Below the pieces are notes generated by a model that was not told the origin of the DNA, ran no database searches, and saw only the letters and a list, made by a program, of their open reading frames with translations. From positions 96,001-160,000 of IMG/VR virus record IMGVR_UViG_3300047476_000704: 64,000 nt of DNA, one strand, 5' to 3'. Position 1 is the first letter of the stretch, and every line of letters begins with the position of its first letter. Source of the DNA: a virus. Of the stretch, positions 18,551 to 27,062 are shown piece by piece. Both the position numbers and the translations under genes were made by a program.

Positions 18551-18554
18551 ACTA

Positions 18555-19721
18555 TTATCCTATATAAAATGGCATTGGTATTTTGTTCAACATCTTTTGT
18601 ACATTATCAGCCTCTTGCATTCTGTATTCCATTTGCTTTGGTCTACTCAACTCTTCCAAATTTTGACGAAGTTGTTCGTACAATCTATCTTTATCGTTTT
18701 GTGCTTCTGCTCTTAATGCTGCACCATCTAGCGAAACCTCACCTTCTGGGATTGGAATGGTTGCATATTTCTCTCTAATAGCACCTAATAGTTCCTTTGC
18801 TAATGCTAATGTATATTTCCAAATCCATTGCTTACCAACAGAATTGATTGTTCTATATGGAATAAAATCGTAATTTACATTTGAGTAAGATGATACTGCG
18901 CCTGGTTTCTTTTGAATTGCATTTTCATCTCTATCTTCAACCACAATATAATCAAACCAAATATTAGCAGGAGTTTTATCGGTAGGAACTGGAAATATGT
19001 GTAATTGATTGTTTACTATATTGAATGAATATGCACTTCTACGAACCTGGTCATTAAACTCAATTGCTTGAATACGAAGTAAATCTTCATAAATGGGCAT
19101 CATTACAAATTGTGCTGCTGGGGAGAATGAACTAAATCCAAACTCGTCCATAAGGTTTAGAGTACCTTTCGCAGAAACTGCGTATGGGTCAAAGAAACGA
19201 GAGATTGCAGGTGTGTTTTCATAATACACCTTTTTTATTTCAATTCGTTTACCACTTTCACTTACCTCTGCCCATAGGTGATTCAAATCGTATTTACCTA
19301 CACCAATCGTAGTTGCAAATGAACCTGATTTTTGTGATGTATAACCACCAACTTCTGCTTCTTGCCCATAAGAGTTTGCAATTTTAATTAAAGAACCCAT
19401 ATTAGTTCCCTCTACATATGTGTTTGTAAAGTTAGAACCAGTGGATTGCCCCATCAAATTAGATAGGTTATTACGGATATTAAATTGATTTACTTGTGCA
19501 GAGTATTCACTAATTGCTTCCTCAAAACAAGCGTAAATGTTTTCCGGTAATAGTTCAATATTTTGTATTGGGTAACCCAATCTTTTTGCAACCCAATCAC
19601 CTACGCGAGGTCCATCGGCTTGAAAGTTTATATCATCATCGTAAATACCAAAAGGTGTTGAACCAGAGATTGCAGAACCACTCCCAGGCCAATTTATATT
19701 AGTTACTAAATCTGCTGCCAT
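18555..19721 (-). CDS. gp13: Neck protein / head-tail adaptor, T4 gp13-like
   Basis: RLGYPIQNIEL...WIWKYTLALAKELLGAIREKY..IP...VSLDG..L. Confidence 0.75.
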   Translation of the reverse strand: MAADLVTNINWPGSGSAISGSTPFGIYDDDINFQADGPRVGDWVAKRLGYPIQNIELLPENIYACFEEAISEYSAQVNQFNIRNNLSNLMGQSTGSNFTNTYVEGTNMGSLIKIANSYGQEAEVGGYTSQKSGSFATTIGVGKYDLNHLWAEVSESGKRIEIKKVYYENTPAISRFFDPYAVSAKGTLNLMDEFGFSSFSPAAQFVMMPIYEDLLRIQAIEFNDQVRRSAYSFNIVNNQLHIFPVPTDKTPANIWFDYIVVEDRDENAIQKKPGAVSSYSNVNYDFIPYRTINSVGKQWIWKYTLALAKELLGAIREKYATIPIPEGEVSLDGAALRAEAQNDKDRLYEQLRQNLEELSRPKQMEYRMQEADNVQKMLNKIPMPFYIG

Positions 19722-19774
19722 AATTTGCTGTTATATACCTAATATAAATATAAGATTTACAAATTAGGATATAA

Positions 19775-19807
19775 ACAAAAAGACTACCCACAAAGTGAGT
19801 AGTCTTT
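19775..19807 (-). terminator. Intrinsic terminator ending the early-gene island
   Basis: AAAGACTACTCAC-TTT-GTGGGTAGTCTTT then TTGTTT. Confidence 0.75.
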
Positions 19808-19847
19808 AACAACCAAAATGAAAAATCAAAAAACTCAAACTATACCC

Positions 19848-20207
19848 TTACAACCCCTGCTCTCTACGGAGGTCGTATTCTTCTTTATCATACTCCGAAT
19901 ACTCAACCACTTTTAAATAAGGGTCAAACTTTGTTTCATAGTAGCCACGCAGATTAGCAATATCAATCATCGTATCAATAAACGATTTACGGGCATAAGT
20001 CATATCGGATGAACCAAACCCCTGGTCTTCTGGCCAATCGGAGTAATCTTCTGCAACCTCATTCAACGCATCAAATACCGCATCTACATAAGTAATTACT
20101 CGTTTAGTATAACGTCCCTCAACTGGGAAAGAATTTTTAACAACATCAAACCCCTCCACCAAAGAAGCGGTTTCTAAAACGGAATTAAGATTAAAAGGAA
20201 TACTCAT
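19848..20207 (-). CDS. Hypothetical early protein
   Basis: ORF downstream of the repeated promoter; start moved to ATG 20207 (MSIPFN). Confidence 0.55.
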   Translation of the reverse strand: MSIPFNLNSVLETASLVEGFDVVKNSFPVEGRYTKRVITYVDAVFDALNEVAEDYSDWPEDQGFGSSDMTYARKSFIDTMIDIANLRGYYETKFDPYLKVVEYSEYDKEEYDLRREQGL

Positions 20208-20214
20208 AGTAGAA

Positions 20215-20285
20215 ATGTTTAAATGTTTAACTCTCAATGTTTAGCAAAGTTACAAATAATAAATGAGAAAGTCAAGTCTTTCTCA
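20215..20285 (-). promoter_or_regulatory. Repeated early promoter module, copy 1
   Basis: AAGAC-TTGACT-N17-TAACTTTG-CTAAACATTGAGAGTTAAACAT. Confidence 0.75.
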
Positions 20286-20294
20286 AATTATTTT

Positions 20295-20882
20295 TTAAAT
20301 ATTTTGTAATGCTTTCTGAATTACTGCTTCGGTGTAAGAATAACCTCGCAACTTTTCTATTGCCTGTTCCAAACTCAAAACACCCCACACATACTCACCA
20401 GCCATCATTGCCTTCAAACCACGTTTTGCTTCCGGCCAAGTACCATAAGGAGCTTTTCCGTTGAAACTTACATACTTTGCATTGAACTCAATTTCAGTAC
20501 CATTATCGGTTTTACCATTCTCTCCATATTCGTAGATGTCATGCATACCATCGTAATGACCACCTTTGAACATATTACAGAAAGAAGAAATCTCTTTATA
20601 CTCCGGAGTTTCATACTCAATCCCTTCACCATTAGGGTAACAAGCATAAAGGTCAGAAGAAGAACCTCCAGCAAAGGTTTGAGATTTACCCCACACTAGC
20701 ATAGTAGGATATTTAACTTTCATAAACTGTTTGAACATTAAAGGAACTTCTTTACGTCCGATACTGATAACCGGGTTGGAAAGGGGCTCTCCCCAATAAG
20801 ATTTAGTTCTTAAACAAGCGGCTGGTAACTCATATTGAATACCTAATAAGTTGAATTTGATTGTTTTTTTAGAAGAAGCCAT
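20295..20882 (-). CDS. Hypothetical early protein with an LPD29-like region
   Basis: MKVKYP...KSQTFAGGSSSD...FKGGHYDGMHDIYEY resembles large-polyvalent-protein-associated domain 29 (from memory). Confidence 0.4.
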   Translation of the reverse strand: MASSKKTIKFNLLGIQYELPAACLRTKSYWGEPLSNPVISIGRKEVPLMFKQFMKVKYPTMLVWGKSQTFAGGSSSDLYACYPNGEGIEYETPEYKEISSFCNMFKGGHYDGMHDIYEYGENGKTDNGTEIEFNAKYVSFNGKAPYGTWPEAKRGLKAMMAGEYVWGVLSLEQAIEKLRGYSYTEAVIQKALQNI

Positions 20883-20894
20883 ATTATTATCGTT

Positions 20895-20955
20895 TTATGT
20901 TTAACTCTTATTACATAGTAAAGATACGCAATTCAGATATAAAAGTCAAGTCTTT
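20895..20955 (-). promoter_or_regulatory. Repeated early promoter module, copy 2
   Basis: AAAAGAC-TTGACT-N17-TATCTTTA-CTATGTAATAAGAGTTAAACAT. Confidence 0.75.
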
Positions 20956-20961
20956 TAGCAA

Positions 20962-21423
20962 TTATTTTTTAAAATTTTTTAAATTTTTTATAATTGCATC
21001 CACTCGGAGTTTTGTTTCCAAATTACCATATCCGGTGTAACTTTTTACAAAACAAAAAGTAGTAATATTACCTCCCCTTACAATACAATATATTTCATTA
21101 CCATTGGATTCACCATTATCATTTGTTAAGGATACCACCAATTGCTTTCCATACGATTCGGATTTAGATGCTTCACTATCAAATTTGGTAGTTGATAATG
21201 GGAATTGTGTAACCTTAATACCATAATCCTTATTAGCTGGAAAATTGGTTTGTTCTATATTAGTTACTATTTCCTTAATCTGATTCTTAATCAAATCATT
21301 CAGCTTAATAGTACCCACCTTTGTATAATTGCCGGTAGTAGTTTCATACGATACTGGCAATTCCGATTGGGTTAATATTCTCTGGTCTAATCTTTCACTA
21401 AAGTGTTTTTTATTTTTCTCCAT
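20962..21423 (-). CDS. Hypothetical protein
   Basis: Intact 153-aa ORF (HFSERLDQR...YCIVRGGNITT). Confidence 0.55.
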   Translation of the reverse strand: MEKNKKHFSERLDQRILTQSELPVSYETTTGNYTKVGTIKLNDLIKNQIKEIVTNIEQTNFPANKDYGIKVTQFPLSTTKFDSEASKSESYGKQLVVSLTNDNGESNGNEIYCIVRGGNITTFCFVKSYTGYGNLETKLRVDAIIKNLKNFKK

Positions 21424-21664
21424 TTGTTTTTGCTACAATTTCCAAATCACCCTGAACAATTACCGTCCTTCCATATACATCATCAAACATAATACCCTTA
21501 CCATAAATCCTAAATGAATTTGCGTAATATCGTTTACCATTTTCCGATGTGATTTCATATTTTGCTTTATCACTTTTACCAGGAATTGCAAATGTAAGTG
21601 CTACTACAATTGATGCTATTAGTAATGCACCCAATCCAGCCAATATATTTTTAAATGTTATCAT
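21410..21664 (-). CDS. Small membrane-anchored protein
   Basis: N-terminal hydrophobic helix ILAGLGALLIASIVVALTFAI; start moved to ATG 21664. Confidence 0.55.
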   Translation of the reverse strand: MITFKNILAGLGALLIASIVVALTFAIPGKSDKAKYEITSENGKRYYANSFRIYGKGIMFDDVYGRTVIVQGDLEIVAKTNGEK

Positions 21665-21788
21665 TCTTATCAAATTTTTTAAAATCGTTAATTAAATAAA
21701 CCAAACCACCAAGATATAGTGATGCTAGTAAGAATAGATATATTCCGTCTACTACATAATCTATTGTACTATAAATGTATCCTAACAT
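21651..21788 (-). CDS. 45-aa hydrophobic protein (not in the ORF track)
   Basis: My translation MLGYIYSTIDYVVDGIYLFLLASLYLGGLVYLINDFKKFDKNDNI; fills the gap between neighbours. Confidence 0.5.
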   Translation of the reverse strand: MLGYIYSTIDYVVDGIYLFLLASLYLGGLVYLINDFKKFDKNDNI

Positions 21789-21792
21789 AATT

Positions 21793-22053
21793 TTATAAAT
21801 AACATTGTTTATTTGTAAGTGCTAATAATTTAATAACTCGCAGATTATCACTATCTGCACGAGTAACAGCTCCAACCAAATCATTGGCACATACTGCTTC
21901 AACGAATCCTCCTCCCGCGTAAGAGGTTTTATCTCGCGTAACCATAATTGACACCATAGTATCAATATTATGCTCACTAACAACAGGAAATTCATTTTTC
22001 CAGTCATTGATAAATTCAATAGCTCGCTCTCTATACTTGTCTCTAATATCCAT
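21793..22053 (-). CDS. Hypothetical protein
   Basis: Intact ORF with GGGFVEAV.ANDL.GAV.RAD..N motif. Confidence 0.6.
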   Translation of the reverse strand: MDIRDKYRERAIEFINDWKNEFPVVSEHNIDTMVSIMVTRDKTSYAGGGFVEAVCANDLVGAVTRADSDNLRVIKLLALTNKQCYL

Positions 22054-22057
22054 AAAT

Positions 22058-22222
22058 TTATTTTTTAATTAAAATATTTAAATCAAATTGTTTCTGAATG
22101 AAAAAATCTAATTTCCGATGTATGTGGTCTATTTCATAGATGTCTTCGTTTTTAACCGCTTCTACTAATCTAGATGTCCAATACTCAATTTTTTCAAAAT
22201 AACCATTTTTGTAAGTTGCCAT
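22058..22222 (-). CDS. 54-aa protein (not in the ORF track)
   Basis: My translation MATYKNGYFEKIEYWTSRLVEAVKNEDIYEIDHIHRKLDFFIQKQFDLNILIKK; fills the gap exactly. Confidence 0.6.
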   Translation of the reverse strand: MATYKNGYFEKIEYWTSRLVEAVKNEDIYEIDHIHRKLDFFIQKQFDLNILIKK

Positions 22223-22225
22223 ATG

Positions 22226-22417
22226 TTATTTGTTTAGGATTAAAATATCAACTAATAATCGTTCTGTCTTTTTGTAAAATGCCTTTCCAATATAATCATT
22301 GAAATACATTAAATCGTTTTTGGTAATCAAATCAACAACCATAGTACGATTAAGAAAACGGAGTTCTAAACCACCTGTTAAAAACTCTAAATAGTGAGGG
22401 AGATTTTTGAATTTCAT
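22226..22417 (-). CDS. Hypothetical early protein
   Basis: First ORF after promoter copy 3. Confidence 0.5.
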   Translation of the reverse strand: MKFKNLPHYLEFLTGGLELRFLNRTMVVDLITKNDLMYFNDYIGKAFYKKTERLLVDILILNK

Positions 22418-22429
22418 AACTTTATTATT

Positions 22430-22500
22430 TTATGTTTAACTGATGTTTAGTAAAGGTAAGTATAATAAATGAAAAAGTCAAGTCTTTTTTAAAATATTTT
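22430..22500 (-). promoter_or_regulatory. Repeated early promoter module, copy 3
   Basis: AAAAGAC-TTGACT-N17-TACCTTTA-CTAAACATCAGTTAAACAT. Confidence 0.75.
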
Positions 22501-22681
22501 ACAAACTATGTCCAAGTTTTTTGTTGATTGAAATCATATGTTTACAAGGTGAATATCTACGGAACTCTCTAGCTTCACAATTACAGCCGGTAATTTTCCA
22601 ATCTTCAACTGTTACTTTGTAGTATTTTAACTTACCAGTCTTTTTATCCCTACTACCCATTTCTGTATAAAACCATTTCAT
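22499..22681 (-). CDS. Small SWIM-type zinc-finger protein
   Basis: YKVTV...GCNC-x8-PCKH (CxC...CxH); start moved to ATG 22681. Confidence 0.7.
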   Translation of the reverse strand: MKWFYTEMGSRDKKTGKLKYYKVTVEDWKITGCNCEAREFRRYSPCKHMISINKKLGHSL

Positions 22682-22761
22682 ATTTTTATTGTTTAGTAAC
22701 CTAACATTTTTAAAACTCGCAAACCAAACCAAATTGAATCAAAAATTAAAACTTTCATATC

Positions 22762-22830
22762 ATTAACTCTTATTACATAGTAAAGGTACGCAACAATAAG
22801 CAAAATGTCAAGTCTTTTCTAAAATATTTT
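22762..22830 (-). promoter_or_regulatory. Repeated early promoter module, copy 4
   Basis: AAAAGAC-TTGACA-N17-TACCTTTA-CTATGTAATAAGAGTTAA. Confidence 0.75.
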
Positions 22831-22848
22831 TAATTATTTTTTGGGCAT

Positions 22849-22872
22849 AAAAAAACCCACCGAAGTGGGTTT
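22849..22872 (-). terminator. Intrinsic terminator ending the capsid-downstream late genes
   Basis: AAACCCAC-TTCG-GTGGGTTT then TTTT. Confidence 0.85.
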
Positions 22873-22891
22873 AGATACTTTGTAAGTCCAA

Positions 22892-23128
22892 TTATTCTAA
22901 AATAATTACTGAACCCGTTACATTTATTAAACCAGCTGGATAGCAAGGGAATATTTGATGATTATCAATTGATGCTAAACTAATACTGCCTCCACCTTGC
23001 AACGATATACTACCACTTGGATTTCCTTCACCTCGCATTACTCCCCAACATTTTGGGTAATTTGAACCAGGTCCTAATGCAACCGAACTACTTACGATTG
23101 ATACTTTGAATGCTCTATATTCTGCCAT
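22892..23128 (-). CDS. Small late protein, possible capsid decoration
   Basis: Beta-rich 78 aa in a late transcription unit downstream of the MCP; function is inference only. Confidence 0.45.
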   Translation of the reverse strand: MAEYRAFKVSIVSSSVALGPGSNYPKCWGVMRGEGNPSGSISLQGGGSISLASIDNHQIFPCYPAGLINVTGSVIILE

Positions 23129-23140
23129 TTTATTTTATTT

Positions 23141-23398
23141 TTATGATGCTAATGTTACTGCTTTCCAAGCCGTTCCGTTGTAAAAATACAAAGAAGAACC
23201 AGATACTGCCAACGAACCAGTTGTTGCTGATGGTAGTGGGTTTTGTGGTAATAATGTTATTTTATCCAATGATGTATGAATCGCATCCAATGTTGAATAT
23301 GCAAATTGAAATTCATCATCAGTTACCACCATTACTTTGGTGCTACCACTTGGTGCTATAATATCTAAATCGTGTGCTCTATGTAATGAGTTTGCCAT
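23141..23398 (-). CDS. Small late protein with a fibre-like C-terminal motif
   Basis: PSATTGSLAVSGSSLYFYNGTAWKAV; preceded by the ATATTTATA motif. Confidence 0.5.
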   Translation of the reverse strand: MANSLHRAHDLDIIAPSGSTKVMVVTDDEFQFAYSTLDAIHTSLDKITLLPQNPLPSATTGSLAVSGSSLYFYNGTAWKAVTLAS

Positions 23399-23436
23399 TT
23401 TAACCCTATTGTTTTTATATTATATAAATATATAGT

Positions 23437-23997
23437 TTATTTCTTTTTAATAAATCTACCATTTTCATCTTTTTTAAGATTACGATTTTTTAACCACATT
23501 CTACGCTCTTCGTATTTTGTTTCACCTTCATCACCATACTTATCAACAAACCATTCCAATGAATATCTACCCTTTGCTTTTTCTTTTTGTATTTGTTTGG
23601 TTTCGTTTGAATGAGTTTTACCATACATGCCATTTTTTTCACCTTTGGCAATAATTCTCATTTTTTCAACCCATTCCATATATTCATCCGTATCTCGTCT
23701 ACCTTCCCAATTATCGCCACCAGCTCCTCTGTAAGTATCGTTATACCCACCCTTTACTGAATTATGTGCTAGTATCAATTCTTCTTCCAATTTTTGTGCC
23801 ATAGTTGGTTCTACCTCACAAATAATCTCTTTAATCATATTATCCCAACCATATTTACGAATTGCTTTATATAAAGAATTTTTTTTATTTTTGGTATAAG
23901 CATTACATTTGTGAGAAGACATTCTACAATCAAAATCATTTGTTCTACCAATATACACTTTTCCATTTGGTGAACTTATTTTATATATTACATCCAT
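23437..23997 (-). CDS. Free-standing GIY-YIG homing endonuclease with NUMOD3-like motif
   Basis: VIYKISSPNGKVYIGRT...R...H...LY.AIRKYG...E...GYN; KNGMYGKTHS.ETK. Confidence 0.85.
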   Translation of the reverse strand: MDVIYKISSPNGKVYIGRTNDFDCRMSSHKCNAYTKNKKNSLYKAIRKYGWDNMIKEIICEVEPTMAQKLEEELILAHNSVKGGYNDTYRGAGGDNWEGRRDTDEYMEWVEKMRIIAKGEKNGMYGKTHSNETKQIQKEKAKGRYSLEWFVDKYGDEGETKYEERRMWLKNRNLKKDENGRFIKKK

Positions 23998-24041
23998 AGA
24001 ATTACTTTTATATAAATATAAGTTTTATGGAAAAATAGCAC

Positions 24042-24072
24042 AAAAAAAGAGAGGATTTCTCCTCTCTCTTTT
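24042..24072 (-). terminator. Terminator after the major capsid gene
   Basis: AGAGAGG-AGAAAT-CCTCTCT then T6. Confidence 0.8.
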
Positions 24073-24094
24073 CAGTTTACCTTTGATTGTTGGA

Positions 24095-25741
24095 TTAGAT
24101 ATTAGCCAAACCTTCAACCAAGATTTTCCCGTAAAATTCTGGTCTCACGAGCTTCTTCGCGTAACGAGTCATAACACCTCTACGTGGAGTAAAGTTATCT
24201 GGGTCGTACACTAATGGAGTTAAAATCAATGGTACATATGGAGCGTAAACCGCACCTGTCTCAAGGAAGTTGTTTCCTTTGTAACCTAACAAGATTTCGT
24301 TAGAAGTCATGTATGGGTTTTTGTAAACAGTGTAGCGATTTGCCAATGAACCTACTTGAGTTACACCAGCTGCAAATTGTTTAGCATCTTTATCAGCGTT
24401 TACAGAGAAAGCTGGGATTGATTCTAAAATAGTACAAACGTCAGGAGAAGCAACGATAAAGTTAGCTCCACCACGCATTGTCAATTGGTGAATCTTGTTA
24501 GATACTTTGTTCAATTTAGTTCCCAAAGTCTGGAACCAAGTGTTTTTAGTGTAAGCACTTGCGTTAGATGAATCAGAATCAATTGCGAATGCTGAACCAT
24601 TCCACTCATTACCAATCTTTGTAGACCAGTATTCAGTAGTCAATGCATTTCCTTTCAATAAATCCAAGATTTCCAAGTCAATCTCTAATGAGATATATTC
24701 AGATAACATAGCAGTCAATTCAGCTTCTGCATCAATTGAGTGGTATGCGTTCAAATCTTGTGCTAATTCAGGAGTCCACACTGCTTTCAACTTACGAGTT
24801 TTAGCAACGATTGCTTCCGATTTCAATTCTAAGTCAACTTGTGGGATGTTCAAGTTAGTACCTGAAGATGGGTTAGAGATTGGGTCTCTATCTTCGAAGT
24901 CACCACGAGAAGTTGCAGTTGGTTGTACAGAGTAAACCAAACCTACAGTTGCAGAAGTTGAACCTGATGCCAATACTGATGAACTTACGATTAACGAAAC
25001 AGTTCCGTTAGAAGAGTAAGTAGTCAATGCTGGGTAGTAAGTGTTGATTGAACCAGAAGTTCCACCTTGTAATGAACCAGATACATAGAATGAACGAACT
25101 GCGTTAGTATCAGCAGATAATGCTGCTACTGAAGCAGATGCTAAAGTAATTTTGTACAAGTTACCAGCAGCCATAGATGCAGATAAAGATGTATCAAAAT
25201 TCAAATCAGACATTGCAGTAACTTTAGCTGCAGTAGCGAAAGATACGATAGCAGATTGGTCATTAACCGAATATGCATAACGACCATCGCCATAAAGACC
25301 GTTTTGAGGAGCGTTAGTTGAACCTAACTTCGCTGCTGATGTTCCACCATACAAAGATGTGCTAGATGCATCACCATATCCTTTTCCAGTTGTACCATAT
25401 TTGAAATCCATGTAGAAAATCAAACCTGATGGTAAGTTCATTGGTTGTACCGAAACAAATTCCTTTGCTGCGATTTCACCGAAGATACGGCGAACCAATG
25501 GTAAAGCTACACCAGACCATTCTTCTGAACCAGCAGAAAAACCTGTCTTTGTAGTCTCATCTAATAATTGTTTTGCTTGGTTTTCCAAGATTACAGCCAT
25601 TCCGTGCTCTTCTGTTGCACCAGCTAAACCTTCCAATAAACCAGTTTTTTCCCACTTGTTTTTCAACCCGCGAGTTTGCTCAAGCATAACCGCAGTTGGG
25701 TTTTTGCCTTCCATAAGCTTGTTTAAATCAAATTGTGCCAT
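24095..25741 (-). CDS. gp23: Major capsid protein, T4 gp23 family
   Basis: LPLVRR...VSVQPM..PSGLIFY...IVAKTRKLKAVWTPELAQDL.AYHSIDAEAEL...YAPYVPL...FTPRRGVMTRY. Confidence 0.97.
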   Translation of the reverse strand: MAQFDLNKLMEGKNPTAVMLEQTRGLKNKWEKTGLLEGLAGATEEHGMAVILENQAKQLLDETTKTGFSAGSEEWSGVALPLVRRIFGEIAAKEFVSVQPMNLPSGLIFYMDFKYGTTGKGYGDASSTSLYGGTSAAKLGSTNAPQNGLYGDGRYAYSVNDQSAIVSFATAAKVTAMSDLNFDTSLSASMAAGNLYKITLASASVAALSADTNAVRSFYVSGSLQGGTSGSINTYYPALTTYSSNGTVSLIVSSSVLASGSTSATVGLVYSVQPTATSRGDFEDRDPISNPSSGTNLNIPQVDLELKSEAIVAKTRKLKAVWTPELAQDLNAYHSIDAEAELTAMLSEYISLEIDLEILDLLKGNALTTEYWSTKIGNEWNGSAFAIDSDSSNASAYTKNTWFQTLGTKLNKVSNKIHQLTMRGGANFIVASPDVCTILESIPAFSVNADKDAKQFAAGVTQVGSLANRYTVYKNPYMTSNEILLGYKGNNFLETGAVYAPYVPLILTPLVYDPDNFTPRRGVMTRYAKKLVRPEFYGKILVEGLANI

Positions 25742-25761
25742 TTGTTTTTGTTCCTTATTTT

Positions 25762-26895
25762 TTATTTAATTAGTCCTGCCAATTTTTTGAATCTATCAGA
25801 GTAAGCAGAATTTTCGCTGATGATTTGTTTTTTAACACCTGTACTTTTTTGTGGTTTAGAAGCTCCTTCTGTGATTCTTTTTACAGATTCTACTTTCTTA
25901 ACACTTCCACCCATTTTCATAGATTCGGCGATTGTTGAGTAAACCAATTTAACTTCACGAATTGTTCCAGTTCTATCGAATGAATCAATAACTTTAGATT
26001 TTTGTTCGTTAGTTAAGTTGTATCCTCTAAATAATTTGTTAGAATATAAAAGTTTAGCGTTCAACAAGTTAATCTCATTGATTGTAGACTTCAAAGTTTT
26101 GATTACAGAAATTGCTTGTGCTAATTCATTTTTCAATGATTTTGCTTCTGCCACTGCTGCTTTCTCTTCTTCTTCTGCTGCTTCTTCATCTTCTAATTCT
26201 TTGATGATTGCTTCGATGTTTAATTCTTCTTCGCCATCTTCTTCTTCTTCCATTGAATCTTCTTCTTCATCTTCTTCGGAGATTGATGAATCTGAATCGT
26301 CAGCGTTCATGTAAGTATCAACATCATCTGCATCCTCTTCCATTTCTTCTTCCTCTTCTTCTTCCATTTTCTCTGCGCCCAATTCGTCTTCTAATTCACG
26401 AATGATAGCTTCTAAATCTAAATCATCGTCAGATGGTGCATCCATTTCGTCTTCACCTTCTTCCATTTCATCTTCGCCATATTCACCTTCTTCCATTTCC
26501 ATTTCGTCTTCACCTTCTTCCATTTCCTCTTCCTCTTCTTCTGTGATTGATTTAGCGAAATCATAATCTTCAACCTCATCCTCTGGCTTACCAGAAGTTT
26601 TAGTTACGTCTGCTGCACCCAACTCATCTTCATCAGCTGCTGAATCTAATGTTGGTTGTGCACCACCCCCAATGTTAGAAGAACCTAATTCTTCTTCCAT
26701 TTTCTCTTCTTCTTCTTCCTCATGCATTTCATCAGCTTCCATATCTTCAGCTTCTGCACGCAATTTTTGAGAAAGAATGTTCTTCAAACGAGGAGTAAAT
26801 GCTTCCTCTAATTGAAGTTTTGCGTTTGCTAATGCAGTTTCTCTAACAGCTTTAGCATCGGCGATTGCTTCTTTTAACAATTTTGAACTTGCCAT
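25762..26895 (-). CDS. gp22: Prohead core scaffold, T4 gp22-like
   Basis: Very acidic coiled-coil protein directly upstream of the MCP. Confidence 0.8.
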   Translation of the reverse strand: MASSKLLKEAIADAKAVRETALANAKLQLEEAFTPRLKNILSQKLRAEAEDMEADEMHEEEEEEKMEEELGSSNIGGGAQPTLDSAADEDELGAADVTKTSGKPEDEVEDYDFAKSITEEEEEEMEEGEDEMEMEEGEYGEDEMEEGEDEMDAPSDDDLDLEAIIRELEDELGAEKMEEEEEEEMEEDADDVDTYMNADDSDSSISEEDEEEDSMEEEEDGEEELNIEAIIKELEDEEAAEEEEKAAVAEAKSLKNELAQAISVIKTLKSTINEINLLNAKLLYSNKLFRGYNLTNEQKSKVIDSFDRTGTIREVKLVYSTIAESMKMGGSVKKVESVKRITEGASKPQKSTGVKKQIISENSAYSDRFKKLAGLIK

Positions 26896-27062
26896 TCTTT
26901 ATACTTGATTTTTCTAAACCTATTGATTTCAGGTTTAATAGAATTTTGTTAGATTTTCGGTGAGTTTATATACGGATAAACTATTCATCAACTAACAGGA
27001 TATTAACCAAATGATATTGGTATTACATAATATACATATATACTTTTTGAAAAAAAAGTAAA

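Noticed and set aside
26018-26760. Acidic GAA-rich tract as a separate repeat element or plus-strand Ser-rich ORF
   Set aside because: It is the low-complexity Glu/Asp/Met region of the scaffold protein.
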